NCBI GenBank assembly: GCA_963766995.1
Contig: CAVYCE010000001.1
Location: forward strand, 232,571-296,570
Length of the DNA: 64,000 nt
Source: an uncultured Acidimicrobiaceae bacterium
GTDB lineage: Bacteria; Actinomycetota; Acidimicrobiia; Acidimicrobiales; RAAP-2
Direction of reading: 5' to 3'
The notes under the pieces were generated by a model. The model saw only the letters and a list, made by a program, of their open reading frames with translations, was not told the DNA's origin and ran no database searches. This document shows positions 1 through 11,644 of this stretch, piece after piece. A program made the position numbers and the translations under genes. Each line of letters opens with the position of its first letter. Position 1 is the first letter of the stretch.

Positions 1-738
1 TAACTCCAACAAGTCCATGAGTTCAGCGTTGCGCCCGGCCGCTTCCAATTGCGCCTTGAACTCCTCGAACGTCGTGCCGGGTGCCGGCGGTCGAGGCTTC
101 AGACGCGCCAACTCCGCCGGGCGATTGCGTTGTGCCGTCCACAGTCCCGTATCGAGCAAACCTCCCGATGGATAGAACACCGCCGCCCGAACTTGCGTCC
201 CGGCACCGGTCAGTTGGTGGGCCAGCGCCTCGGTGAGACACGAGATAGCGGCCTTGCTCGAGGCGTAAACCGAGGCGTAGGGCACTGGGGCGATGCCACC
301 GTCCATACTCGAGGTGTTGACCACAACGCCGGGCTCACCCGATTCGATCATGCGCGGGACGAATGACAGCATGCCGTTGGCCACCCCGAAGACGTTGACA
401 CTGAAGCACCAGGTCCAGTCGTTGGCTTCTTGTTCCCACGGTCGGCCCCCGCCGCCCGAGGTCACGCCGGCATTGTTGAACAGGAGGTGACAGGCACCTT
501 CCTCCGAGTAGACGTTCTCGGCCAACGCTTCGACGGATGCGGCGGAGGATACGTCGGTGCGAACACCTCGCACGGAACCCTGCTCCCCCAGCTCGGTCAC
601 GGCCAGATTGAGGACGCTCTCTTCGATGTCGGCGATGACCACGCGGACACCCTCTTCCAGTAATGCGCCGACAATCCCGCGGCCAATGCCAGCGGCGCCC
701 CCGGTCACCACCGCCACCTTGCCTTGCAACTCGTCCAA
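1..738 (-). CDS. SDR-family oxidoreductase (3' end runs off the left edge of the window)
   Basis: Not in the ORF track because there is no stop inside the window. My minus-strand translation from TTG at 738 gives LDELQGKVAVVTGGAAGIGRG...LFNNAGV...YASSKAA. This shows the TGxxxGxG Rossmann motif, NNAG and the YxxxK catalytic motif. An in-frame TGA at 754-756 bounds the 5' end. Confidence 0.8.
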   Translation of the reverse strand, partial: MDELQGKVAVVTGGAAGIGRGIVGALLEEGVRVVIADIEESVLNLAVTELGEQGSVRGVRTDVSSAASVEALAENVYSEEGACHLLFNNAGVTSGGGGRPWEQEANDWTWCFSVNVFGVANGMLSFVPRMIESGEPGVVVNTSSMDGGIAPVPYASVYASSKAAISCLTEALAHQLTGAGTQVRAAVFYPSGGLLDTGLWTAQRNRPAELARLKPRPPAPGTTFEEFKAQLEAAGRNAELMDLLEL

Positions 739-785
739 CGTGCTTGCCCCCAGTCACCGGCATGGACCGGCGAGCCACCCTACCC

Positions 786-1421
786 TCAGGCGTCGGGCGT
801 TTCGATGTGCCCCGTCACCCCAGCCAGGCACTGGCGAGCGAACAGGCGCAGGGCTGCGTCGTCGTGAACGGGGATGCACGTTTCGGGCGTCAACGCCATG
901 GACAAGCCGACTCTGGCCACCATTTCGGCCATCGGCGCGGCATCGATGATCGGCCACTGCATCTGCTCCTGCAGTCGACGAATGAATCCAGCCAGGTAGT
1001 CCCGCCCAAGCGTCAGCACCGGTCCGGCCCGCACGGTCAGGAGCGGGAGCACTACCTCGGGCTCGGTGGTCAGCAATCGGTTGAGCAGCTGGTTCTTCCG
1101 CAACCCGCTGAGGAAGCCCACCAGCATGGACACAGCCTGCTCATCGGCGCCGGCCAAAGGGTCCACCCCAGCGTCGACGACGGCAATCAGACGGCGAGCC
1201 TCCCGGCGACCCACGGCCCACACCACGTCGTCTTTGCCGGTGAAGCGTCGATACAACGTGGCCGGACTCAGTCCGCTCCGTTTGGCGATCTCCCCCATGC
1301 TGGTGCGCCGGATCCCAAAATCGAGGAAGGCGCTCAGGGCAGCATCGAGCACGCGCTCGTGCTCGTCGTCACCCTCGCCCACTCCCAACAGTTCAAACAA
1401 TGGCGACACCTGGACGGTCAT
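786..1421 (-). CDS. TetR/AcrR-family transcriptional regulator
   Basis: ORF-track 786..1568 trimmed to ATG 1421 (MTVQVSPLFELL...), which overlaps the upstream stop as ATGA. The HTH segment AFLDFGIRRTSMGEIAKRSGLSPATLYRRF is TetR-like. Confidence 0.85.
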   Translation of the reverse strand: MTVQVSPLFELLGVGEGDDEHERVLDAALSAFLDFGIRRTSMGEIAKRSGLSPATLYRRFTGKDDVVWAVGRREARRLIAVVDAGVDPLAGADEQAVSMLVGFLSGLRKNQLLNRLLTTEPEVVLPLLTVRAGPVLTLGRDYLAGFIRRLQEQMQWPIIDAAPMAEMVARVGLSMALTPETCIPVHDDAALRLFARQCLAGVTGHIETPDA

Positions 1422-2299
1422 GCCGCCCGCCCACTGGCGTGAGCTCTCGCCTTCTGCTGGGCCCGATAGCCCATGGGGTATTGCAACAGCCGATCGGGCA
1501 CCGCCACCGTCGCGCCCCGGACCAACATGGAAAGACCCTGCAGCCGGCGACGATCGGCCGAACCCCACGGCAGCTCGAGCCGCTCACGCAGCACCGTAGG
1601 CAACGTTCCAACCGTGATATCCCGCAAGACGAAGCGACCGGCTGGCCGGAGAGCCCGCCACAGGGGGTCGGGAAACGCCCGCCACGGTGGTGCGCTGATC
1701 TGCTCAAGGGCGAGGACGCCAACCAGTTCGCAAGCGGTCGGATTGGCTTCCAGCGTGTTGGCGTACATGTCGTGTGCGTAAGCCTTGAACGCAGGCAGAT
1801 CAGCCGGCATCTGCGCGTCGCTGATACCCAGCACGCGCCCGATCTGCGTCCATTCCGCATAGGCATGCTTCTTCTCATGCAATGACAGCGTGCGCCCGAA
1901 CCACTTGTTGAAGCAGAGCAACGTGTCGAAGTTGGAAAGATGCACCCATGCGAAGGCCTCTTTATTCAGGGCGCTATAGCGCTCGCCGTGGAAGCCCATG
2001 CCCTTGATGCTCTTGTGTAACTCTCGCAAGCGAGCAGCTTCTTCGACCGACTTGGTGCCGCCGAATATCTGCAGCTGCAACGAGCGCAACGTTCGATCCA
2101 AACGACCCCAAGGATCCGTGCGGTAATCAGAGAAGTCCCGCACCCCCGCTCCTATCACTGGGTGCATGGTCTGCAGCAACAGCGCCCGACCGGCCAGCAG
2201 CAGCGCCGTCCGGGGCATGCCCATCTGCCACATCAGCGAGTCGGGACCAAGTGGTTCCACCGATCCGGAAATCCCATCCTGAGTGTCTGAGAGACTCAT
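1418..2299 (-). CDS. MpaB/DUF2236-family oxygenase-like protein
   Basis: 293-aa ORF. The pattern LMWQMG..RALLLQTMHPVIGAGV..DPWGRLDRTLRSL is typical of DUF2236. A 4-nt overlap with the TetR gene suggests one operon. Confidence 0.72.
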   Translation of the reverse strand: MSLSDTQDGISGSVEPLGPDSLMWQMGMPRTALLLAGRALLLQTMHPVIGAGVRDFSDYRTDPWGRLDRTLRSLQLQIFGGTKSVEEAARLRELHKSIKGMGFHGERYSALNKEAFAWVHLSNFDTLLCFNKWFGRTLSLHEKKHAYAEWTQIGRVLGISDAQMPADLPAFKAYAHDMYANTLEANPTACELVGVLALEQISAPPWRAFPDPLWRALRPAGRFVLRDITVGTLPTVLRERLELPWGSADRRRLQGLSMLVRGATVAVPDRLLQYPMGYRAQQKARAHASGRAA

Positions 2300-2380
2300 C
2301 CTCTTATTCTCTCACGAGACGCACCGGGCGTCAATCACTCCGACCTTGCCCTGGACCTCCCGTCCGGACAGTGTGGGCAG

Positions 2381-2890
2381 ATGGCCGAGTCACCTCCACA
2401 GATGCACACTCCCCGACCGGTTGAATCTGCTCCGGCAAATGAGATGACCATGGCCCGAGGCTGGCTGACCCACCTTCGTGAGAGCGCCATCTACAAGATT
2501 GAGGGCGTCAGCGACCGGCAAATGCGGTGGCAACCCACCTCCACGGCCAATTCACTCGGAACCCTCGTGCGGCACCTCGGACTCAGTGAGCGACTCTGGG
2601 TCAGGGCCATCTTTGCCGGTGAGGAAATGGACATGTCCTGGCGCGCCACCATGTTCGACCAACCACCAGATGACTGGACCGTCAATGACGTCATTTCCTT
2701 CTATCGAAATGAGACAGCGGCAGCCGACAGAGTGCTCAAGGACGCCAAGAGCTTCGACCTTCTTTCTGCTGGTCCGATGCGACCGACCACCTTGCGCTGG
2801 GTGATGTTCCACCTGATTGAGGAGGTCGCTCGACACACCGGCCACATGGACATCACACGGGAGCTCCTGGACGGTCAGACCGGCAGGTGA
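2381..2890 (+). CDS. DinB-family (DUF664, mycothiol-transferase-like) protein
   Basis: 169-aa ORF with DinB_2-like helices and conserved His positions (LVRHLGLSERLW ... HLIEEVARHTGHMDITREL). Its stop overlaps the next start as GTGA. Confidence 0.8.
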   Translation: MAESPPQMHTPRPVESAPANEMTMARGWLTHLRESAIYKIEGVSDRQMRWQPTSTANSLGTLVRHLGLSERLWVRAIFAGEEMDMSWRATMFDQPPDDWTVNDVISFYRNETAAADRVLKDAKSFDLLSAGPMRPTTLRWVMFHLIEEVARHTGHMDITRELLDGQTGR

Positions 2891-3678
2891 CCATTCCATC
2901 AGCTATCGAATTTGACCGGGCCGTTCATCGCCTACGACAAGCTGGATGCGTAGCGGCAGAAGAAGAGGCGATCGAGCTCTTCGAGTCAACCGAGGGAAAT
3001 ACGCAGCTTCTCGAGGCCCTGATCGAGCGCCGGTGCACCGGGGAACCGCTGGCCTGGCTGGTCGGATCAGTGAGTTTCTGCGACGAAACGATTCTCGTGC
3101 ACTCGGGTGTCTACGTCCCACGATGGCAGAGCGAGCCAATGGCACGCGAGGCCGTTCGGCGCCTTCCCGAAGACGGCACCGCCGTTGACCTGTGCACTGG
3201 ATCCGGAGCCATCGCCGTCGTCCTCACCCGCGGTCGGCCCAACGCCACCGTCGTCGCCACCGAGAACGAATCCATTGCCCTCGCCTGTGCCCGCGCTAAC
3301 GGCGTGACCGTTTATGAGGGCGACTTGGCGAGCGGTCTGCCCGAAGCATTGCTCGGAACGGTCGACGTCGTGACTGCGGTTGTGCCGTACGTACCGACGG
3401 AGGAGCTGCACCTCCTGCCTCGTGACGTGACCGAGTACGAACCAACACAGGCCCTCGACGGCGGCCCTGGAGGAACGACATATCTGATTCGCGCAGCACA
3501 CGACGCGGCGCTCCTTCTCCGCGAGGGAGGCTCACTTCTCCTCGAACTCGGCGGCGATCAGGCAAATGAATTGCAATCAACTCTGATTGAACTCGGTTTT
3601 GAAGCCATCCACTTCCTCACCGACGAAGACGGCGATCTCCGAAGTCTGGTGTGCCAACTACGGGGCCAGGTGGACTAA
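2887..3678 (+). CDS. HemK/PrmC-related SAM-dependent methyltransferase (substrate unknown)
   Basis: 263-aa ORF with a GTG start. SAM motif I is VDLCTGSGAIAVV. The motif IV region is DVVTAVVPYVPT, with VVPY where PrmC/PrmB have NPPY. Confidence 0.75.
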   Translation: MTIPSAIEFDRAVHRLRQAGCVAAEEEAIELFESTEGNTQLLEALIERRCTGEPLAWLVGSVSFCDETILVHSGVYVPRWQSEPMAREAVRRLPEDGTAVDLCTGSGAIAVVLTRGRPNATVVATENESIALACARANGVTVYEGDLASGLPEALLGTVDVVTAVVPYVPTEELHLLPRDVTEYEPTQALDGGPGGTTYLIRAAHDAALLLREGGSLLLELGGDQANELQSTLIELGFEAIHFLTDEDGDLRSLVCQLRGQVD

Positions 3679-3968
3679 GCCGATGAACGTGCATGGACGG
3701 TGGCGCTGATCAACATCCATCGGATTGGCCACAACCCAGGGCGCGGTTTGGGAAGCTGCGATCGGGACAAAAAGACGCCGATCAATGTCACGGTTGCGAA
3801 GGCGAGCCAGAGGATCACTCCGACAGCAAGGACCCAGGGCGTCGATCCGGACTTCATCACAATGATCCCCGTGATGGCCACCACCAGCGAGACATATCCC
3901 GCCCTGAGGGCCCAGACGGCCATCCTCCAGTGCGAGTTTCCCTGGAGCTCCGGCGGCGCGTTCATCAA
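3675..3968 (-). CDS. hypothetical small membrane protein
   Basis: 97-aa ORF with two to three hydrophobic helices (AGYVSLVVAITGIIV, WVLAVGVILWLAFATVTLIGVFL). No family recognised. Confidence 0.5.
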   Translation of the reverse strand: MMNAPPELQGNSHWRMAVWALRAGYVSLVVAITGIIVMKSGSTPWVLAVGVILWLAFATVTLIGVFLSRSQLPKPRPGLWPIRWMLISATVHARSSA

Positions 3969-4013
3969 TGAGACCCCAATGACGAACCAGCATCGTCAAT
4001 CAAGTGGACCGAT

Positions 4014-4526
4014 CTACGACTCAACCGTCTTTTGATCGAGCGCTCCCATCACCAGTAGCCAAGCTGCCGTAATCATGTAGCAAGTGTTGGCCACAATGGC
4101 GATAGCCGCAATGTAAAGACCGGCCAGGTGCCCAAAATAGAACACTGCTGCGCCGATCATCTCCACCAGATGAATGACGCTTCCGCCAATGACCCGAGAG
4201 AGCCTTAGACCTTCGCTCTTCCTGATCGCATGCACGTAGCCTCTGACGAACACCGCGCCTGAAATACCACAGACGATGAAGAGTTCCGCGCCGATCGATC
4301 GACCGTCTTGCGCCCCCATGAGGACAAGGGCACAGCGCATGAACACGAGTGCGAGACCGGTCAGCGTGTTGATGGCTCGATAGCGATGGGTGGCGTCGCC
4401 GACGATGGCCTTGAGGTTGAGCGACATCGCTACGAATACCAACCCGGTGAGCGTGACCGCGCCCGTACCGACGAGCAGAAAAAAGTTATTCCACTGCCCA
4501 GCGCGGAACACCTCGGTGGCAATCAT
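4014..4526 (-). CDS. hypothetical integral membrane protein
   Basis: 170-aa ORF with about five hydrophobic helices. No family recognised. Confidence 0.6.
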   Translation of the reverse strand: MIATEVFRAGQWNNFFLLVGTGAVTLTGLVFVAMSLNLKAIVGDATHRYRAINTLTGLALVFMRCALVLMGAQDGRSIGAELFIVCGISGAVFVRGYVHAIRKSEGLRLSRVIGGSVIHLVEMIGAAVFYFGHLAGLYIAAIAIVANTCYMITAAWLLVMGALDQKTVES

Positions 4527-4565
4527 CGCTTCACTTTTGCACCTCTTTAGCGACTATTCGTGGAA

Positions 4566-5009
4566 TCAATCGCCGGTGTTGATCGGCGGCCAGTCGGCAG
4601 GCCACCAATCCCCTGATGGGTCGGTGGTTTGCCCGACCTCGATGATGTACCCGTCGGGATCTCGGATGTAGCAGCGAATCTCGTACTGATGCTGCTTTGG
4701 CGGCGTCAGGAATTGTGCCCCGCGGGCGCTCCATTCGGCGTAGACGGCGTGGATATCCGCGACCCGAATATTCAGGAAGCTGCTGACCCGGTCCGGGTCG
4801 CTTGGGGGTTCGAGCGTCACCGTGGGTTTGTCGTCGGTGGGACCTCCGCCCACATTGATGACGATGAAACTGTTTGCCAGCGCCACGTAGGTCGGTTCCG
4901 GACCGAACGCCACGGTGCCGCCGAGCACCTCGGTGTAGAAGCGTCGCGAGCGTTCAACGTCATCAGAAACGATGAAGTGGGTCAGCACCACGCGGGGTGA
5001 GGTGTCCAC
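4566..5009 (-). CDS. VOC (glyoxalase/bleomycin-resistance/dioxygenase) family protein
   Basis: ORF-track 4566..5099. I prefer GTG 5009 (VDTSPRVVLTHFIVSDDVERSRRFYTEVLGG...), which avoids overlap with the upstream gene. The C-terminal ...IRCYIRDPDGYIIEVGQ is typical of the VOC fold. Confidence 0.75.
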   Translation of the reverse strand: MDTSPRVVLTHFIVSDDVERSRRFYTEVLGGTVAFGPEPTYVALANSFIVINVGGGPTDDKPTVTLEPPSDPDRVSSFLNIRVADIHAVYAEWSARGAQFLTPPKQHQYEIRCYIRDPDGYIIEVGQTTDPSGDWWPADWPPINTGD

Positions 5010-5064
5010 TTCTCGTTGCAAGGTACGCCGCGTCAGAGATGACCGCTGCGGACTCCCCTGCTCC

Positions 5065-5661
5065 CTATGCCTCCAGGCTGAACGGTGGGTACTCGTCATG
5101 CAGCAAGAACATGTACGAGCTCACTCGAAGCTGCCACCGGAACACGTTGAAGCAGAAGCTCTTGAGTGCCGGATTCCATTGCCCCGTGAAGAGAGCGATG
5201 AACCACGAGATCAAGAGACATATTTCGCTCACGATGTTGAGGACATACACCACAATAAATTGTGGAATGCACAGGATGATCCTCACCAACACGGTGACAC
5301 GATTGCGTTCCCCGTCTACGGGCGTGAAGTTCATGGTGGCCGGATAGCCCCCTGGGTCGGCGAAACCTTGTGGAATGGGCGCGAAACTCGGGTACGGCTC
5401 AGCCCACACGAAGAGACCGGTAATCACTCTCCACTGATAGCGCATGACGCCGGCAATGAAGACGCTCAGGCTCTCCGGCGCCTTGCCGGTGAACACGATG
5501 GAGAACCAGCACACGACGGCCGCAAGGAAGGCCACCAGAGTGAGGAGGTACAGCCAGATGAAGTGCGGGATGAATTTCAGCCAGTTGGTCAAGACCACGA
5601 CTGGCGGAATCTTCCCCGATTCAGGCGGAATTTCGATAGCCAACGGATATGTACCCGGCAT
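5065..5661 (-). CDS. DUF4389-like membrane protein (two tandem modules)
   Basis: ORF-track 5065..5829 trimmed to ATG 5661, which is preceded by GAAGGGAG. The module is repeated: IPHFIWLYLL..WFSIVFTGKAP..RYQWRV and IPQFIVVYVL..WFIALFTGQWN..RWQLRV..YPPF. Confidence 0.7.
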   Translation of the reverse strand: MPGTYPLAIEIPPESGKIPPVVVLTNWLKFIPHFIWLYLLTLVAFLAAVVCWFSIVFTGKAPESLSVFIAGVMRYQWRVITGLFVWAEPYPSFAPIPQGFADPGGYPATMNFTPVDGERNRVTVLVRIILCIPQFIVVYVLNIVSEICLLISWFIALFTGQWNPALKSFCFNVFRWQLRVSSYMFLLHDEYPPFSLEA

Positions 5662-6058
5662 GTGGGAACTCCCTTCGATCAACCCCCGTCGCGGCACGAT
5701 AGCTCGCACGACATCGCCGGTGATGGACCTCCCTCGCCGTTCCCTCTCCAGCGGGCAAATACGTGACTGGTCCGTGACACCTACGCAATGGACCTGTTCA
5801 CCGGCTGCCTCATATACCGAAGGGACCAAGGGCGATCTGACGGGATGCTGTTGCGGCCGGCCGGCAGCACGAAGTGGACGGCGAGTGCGAGCTCATGCTG
5901 TTCTCGGGCCCGGGCCAATTTGAGGACACCCGGAGGTCCCAAACCAGTTCCCATCTGACGTCCTCCTGCTTGCTGGGCGCGAGCACGGCCGTGTCACCGT
6001 GCGCGGTATTACGTGCCAGCTAGCGCGGAATCCCTACGTCACCGAGCCGGGTTTCTCA

Positions 6059-8917
<2,859 letters not shown>

Positions 8918-9050
8918 GGCGCTGGGATCCTCCTGATTGCTCGCGTGTGGTCGTCGATGCCGACAGCGAAGCCACCCCCAAACTGCTCGGTTGTGGCGTC
9001 TCCCGGCGCATGTTCAAATCCTGCGCTCGGGGAGGGTGCTGACAGCCTAA

Positions 9051-9098
9051 CCACAAGATGTTGTGTTTAGTCCGCCCCGAAGACACGAGATGCTGTGG
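9051..9098 (-). promoter_or_regulatory. tandem NrdR boxes upstream of nrdJ
   Basis: CCACAAGATGTTGTGT (9051-9066) and ACACGAGATGCTGTGG (9083-9098) are both imperfect 16-bp palindromes of the acaC-ATAT-Gtgt type. They are 32 bp centre to centre and lie 134-181 nt upstream of the nrdJ ATG. Confidence 0.6.
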
Positions 9099-9296
9099 TC
9101 ATTACAGCACTGTAGTTACACGTTGTCAATCACCCACAGCAAAACTATGCGTCCATCAGCCCTGGTCAGGCGCTGCTCGCGAAGGTTTGCGCGTGGCCCC
9201 TTCCAGATCACGCACCACACCCTCCGCCACGCCGATCCTGGCCGGAGAAATGGCCACCGGTATGAGCCAAATGGTGGCCTGTAGCGTCCCACCGGC

Positions 9297-10835
9297 ATGG
9301 GAAACGCGACTGCGAAACTGGTGGCCATTGATGCCGGCACTACGGGCGTACGGGCTCTGGTCGTCGACGCCCAGGCTTGCGTGGTCGACGTGGCATACAG
9401 AGAGCTCACCCAGTACTTCCCGCAACCAGGCTGGGTGGAGCACGACCCGATCGAGATCTGGCAGGCCGTCCAGGCCACATTGGCCGAAGTGGGTGCACGG
9501 CTGAAGGACGCCGGCGACACGGTGACCGCAATCGGCATCACGAACCAGCGCGAGACGTTGGTCGCTTTCAATCGCCGAAGCGGTCAACCGCTACATCGAG
9601 CCATCGTCTGGCAGGACCGACGCACCGCACCACTCTGCGCCGAGCTGACCGAGGCCGGGCACCTACCGCTGGTGCGAGCACGCACCGGCCTCGTGCTCGA
9701 CTCCTATTTCACTGCCACCAAAATCACATGGCTCTTACGTCACGGCGATCTCGATCTTTCGGCCGACTCCCCCGATCTGTGCTGCGGCACGGTGGACAGT
9801 TGGGTGCTGTGGAATCTCACCGGTGGTATCGATGGCGGCGTCTTCGCCACCGATCCGTCCAACGCCAGCCGCACCATGCTTATGGACACGGCCACAATGC
9901 AGTGGTCGGACGAACTGTGTGACCTCTTCGACGTGCCGATGGGCGCACTCCCTAACATCCAGCCTTCTGCTGGTCTCTTTGGCAAAGCCGCGCTCCACGA
10001 CAGCGCCTCGGTCTTCAACGGTGTCCCGATCTCGGGCATTTTGGGCGATCAGCAGGCGGCGCTCTTCGGGCAAGCCTGCTTTGACCCCGGTCTGGTCAAA
10101 GTCACCTACGGCACTGGCAGCTTCGTGCTGGCCAACACCGGTGCCGATCGGCCCGATGCGCCCGACGGATTGACGGTGAGCGTGGCCTGGGACCTCGGCC
10201 CCCATGCCGGTTCGCATCCACCAGTGGCGTATGCGCTGGAAGGCTCGACCTTCGTTTCGGGCGCGGCCATCCAGTGGCTGCGCGATGGCTTGGGCATCAT
10301 TGGCGCGGCATCCGAGTTGGGACCACTGGCCGAATCGGTCAGCGACAGTGGAGGCGTCACCTTCGTGCCGGCACTGACCGGTTTGGGCAGTCCCTGGTGG
10401 GACCCCGATGCGCGCGGCATCATCACCGGCATAACGCGCGGTGCGGGCAGGGCGCAGTTAGCGCGGGCCTGTGTCGAGGCCATCGCCTTCCAGGTACGCG
10501 ACATGACCGATGCCATGTCAGCGGCTTCGCCCCATCCGCTGGCCGCACTGCGCGCCGATGGGGGCGCTGCAGCCATGGATCTGCTGCTGCAGCTGCAGGC
10601 CGAACAAAGCCGAGTGCCGGTGGCCCGACCGCTGTCGCTCGAGTCGACCGCACTCGGTGTGGCCACGTTGGCCGGATTGACCGAAGGTGTCTGGGATTCG
10701 CTCCAGGAACTGTCAGATCTGTGGAGGGCCGCCGTCACCTTCGAGCCAGAACTACCGGCGGAACTCACCGATGCCGTCTACGTCACCTGGACCCGAGCGG
10801 TGGCCCGAGCCCGGGGATGGGCCGCTCCGGAATAA
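9297..10835 (+). CDS. glpK: glycerol kinase
   Basis: 512-aa FGGY-family ORF. GITNQRETLVAFNRRSGQPLHRAIVWQDRRT matches the glycerol-kinase signature region. Confidence 0.9.
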   Translation: MGNATAKLVAIDAGTTGVRALVVDAQACVVDVAYRELTQYFPQPGWVEHDPIEIWQAVQATLAEVGARLKDAGDTVTAIGITNQRETLVAFNRRSGQPLHRAIVWQDRRTAPLCAELTEAGHLPLVRARTGLVLDSYFTATKITWLLRHGDLDLSADSPDLCCGTVDSWVLWNLTGGIDGGVFATDPSNASRTMLMDTATMQWSDELCDLFDVPMGALPNIQPSAGLFGKAALHDSASVFNGVPISGILGDQQAALFGQACFDPGLVKVTYGTGSFVLANTGADRPDAPDGLTVSVAWDLGPHAGSHPPVAYALEGSTFVSGAAIQWLRDGLGIIGAASELGPLAESVSDSGGVTFVPALTGLGSPWWDPDARGIITGITRGAGRAQLARACVEAIAFQVRDMTDAMSAASPHPLAALRADGGAAAMDLLLQLQAEQSRVPVARPLSLESTALGVATLAGLTEGVWDSLQELSDLWRAAVTFEPELPAELTDAVYVTWTRAVARARGWAAPE

Positions 10836-10849
10836 AACAAGACTTACCT

Positions 10850-10858
10850 TGTTATAAT
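10850..10858 (+). promoter_or_regulatory. candidate extended -10 promoter element (TGTTATAAT)
   Basis: Lies in the AT-rich 62-bp spacer after glpK, 40 nt upstream of the SDR start codon. I see no clear -35. The AACAAG/CTTGTT hairpin just upstream could be the glpK terminator. Confidence 0.3.
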
Positions 10859-10897
10859 CACCAGATATCGAAAAGCATTTCGAGAAGGGTGATCAGC

Positions 10898-11644
10898 ATG
10901 AGCGTGGCAATCTTGACCGGAGGGTCCAGAGGTCTCGGGGAGGCCCTGGCTGGCGGGCTAGCCCGAGCCGGCTGGTCGTTGGTGATCGACGGGCGTGATC
11001 CCGTCGCCCTGCACAGTGCGGCGGCCCGCATCGAACCCGACCTCGCCGACGGAACCAACCTTCGGGCCGTGCCCGGCGACATCACGGATCCCAACCATCG
11101 AAAGGCACTGGTAGTGGCGGCCGCCGAGTTGGGCGGTCTCGATCTTGTAGTGAATAACGCCGGTGTCCTCGGCGCTTCACCACTCCCGACCTTGGCCGAG
11201 TACCCACTGAACGATTTGCGAGTGGCCCTCGAAGTCAACGTGGTGTCGCCCTTGGCCCTCATCCAGACTGCGCTGCCGTTGCTCTCCGCGTCGGATCATC
11301 CCCGCATCATCAACATCACTTCCGATGCGGGTGTTGAGGCCTACGAAGGGTGGGGCGGCTACGGCGCTGGCAAGGCTGCACTCGACCATGTGAGTGCCGT
11401 CCTCGCCGTCGAGCGTCCCGACCTGCGCATCTGGGCCATCGACCCGGGTGACCTCCGCACCCAAATGCATCAGGAGGCTTTCCCGGGTGAGGACATCTCC
11501 GATCGGCCCGAGCCTGAGTCGGTGGTACCGAACTTCCTCCGCTTCATCCGGAGCGACGCACCCAGCGGTCGCTACCGTGCTGCCGACTTCAGTGTCACCG
11601 ACGTCACAGCCGCCCTGTTCGAAGAAGCTGGAGTCACGTCGTGA
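10898..11644 (+). CDS. SDR-family oxidoreductase
   Basis: Real start is ATG 10898 (MSVAILTGGSRGLGEALA...) inside the over-long ORF 10274..11644. The TGGxRGLG and NNAG motifs are present. The stop overlaps the next start as GTGA. Confidence 0.85.
   Translation: MSVAILTGGSRGLGEALAGGLARAGWSLVIDGRDPVALHSAAARIEPDLADGTNLRAVPGDITDPNHRKALVVAAAELGGLDLVVNNAGVLGASPLPTLAEYPLNDLRVALEVNVVSPLALIQTALPLLSASDHPRIINITSDAGVEAYEGWGGYGAGKAALDHVSAVLAVERPDLRIWAIDPGDLRTQMHQEAFPGEDISDRPEPESVVPNFLRFIRSDAPSGRYRAADFSVTDVTAALFEEAGVTS

Noticed and set aside
8918-9050. Cobalamin riboswitch in the nrdJ leader, considered because the enzyme is B12-dependent
   Set aside because: There is no B12-box-like element; only a vague GCCGGGAGACGCC. 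Regulation by the NrdR boxes is the better-supported explanation.
10274-10897. N-terminal 208 codons of the 456-aa ORF 10274..11644
   Set aside because: This part overlaps the 3' third of glpK in another frame and is Arg/Gly-rich. The SDR homology starts exactly at ATG 10898 (MSVAILTGGSRGLG), after an AT-rich spacer.
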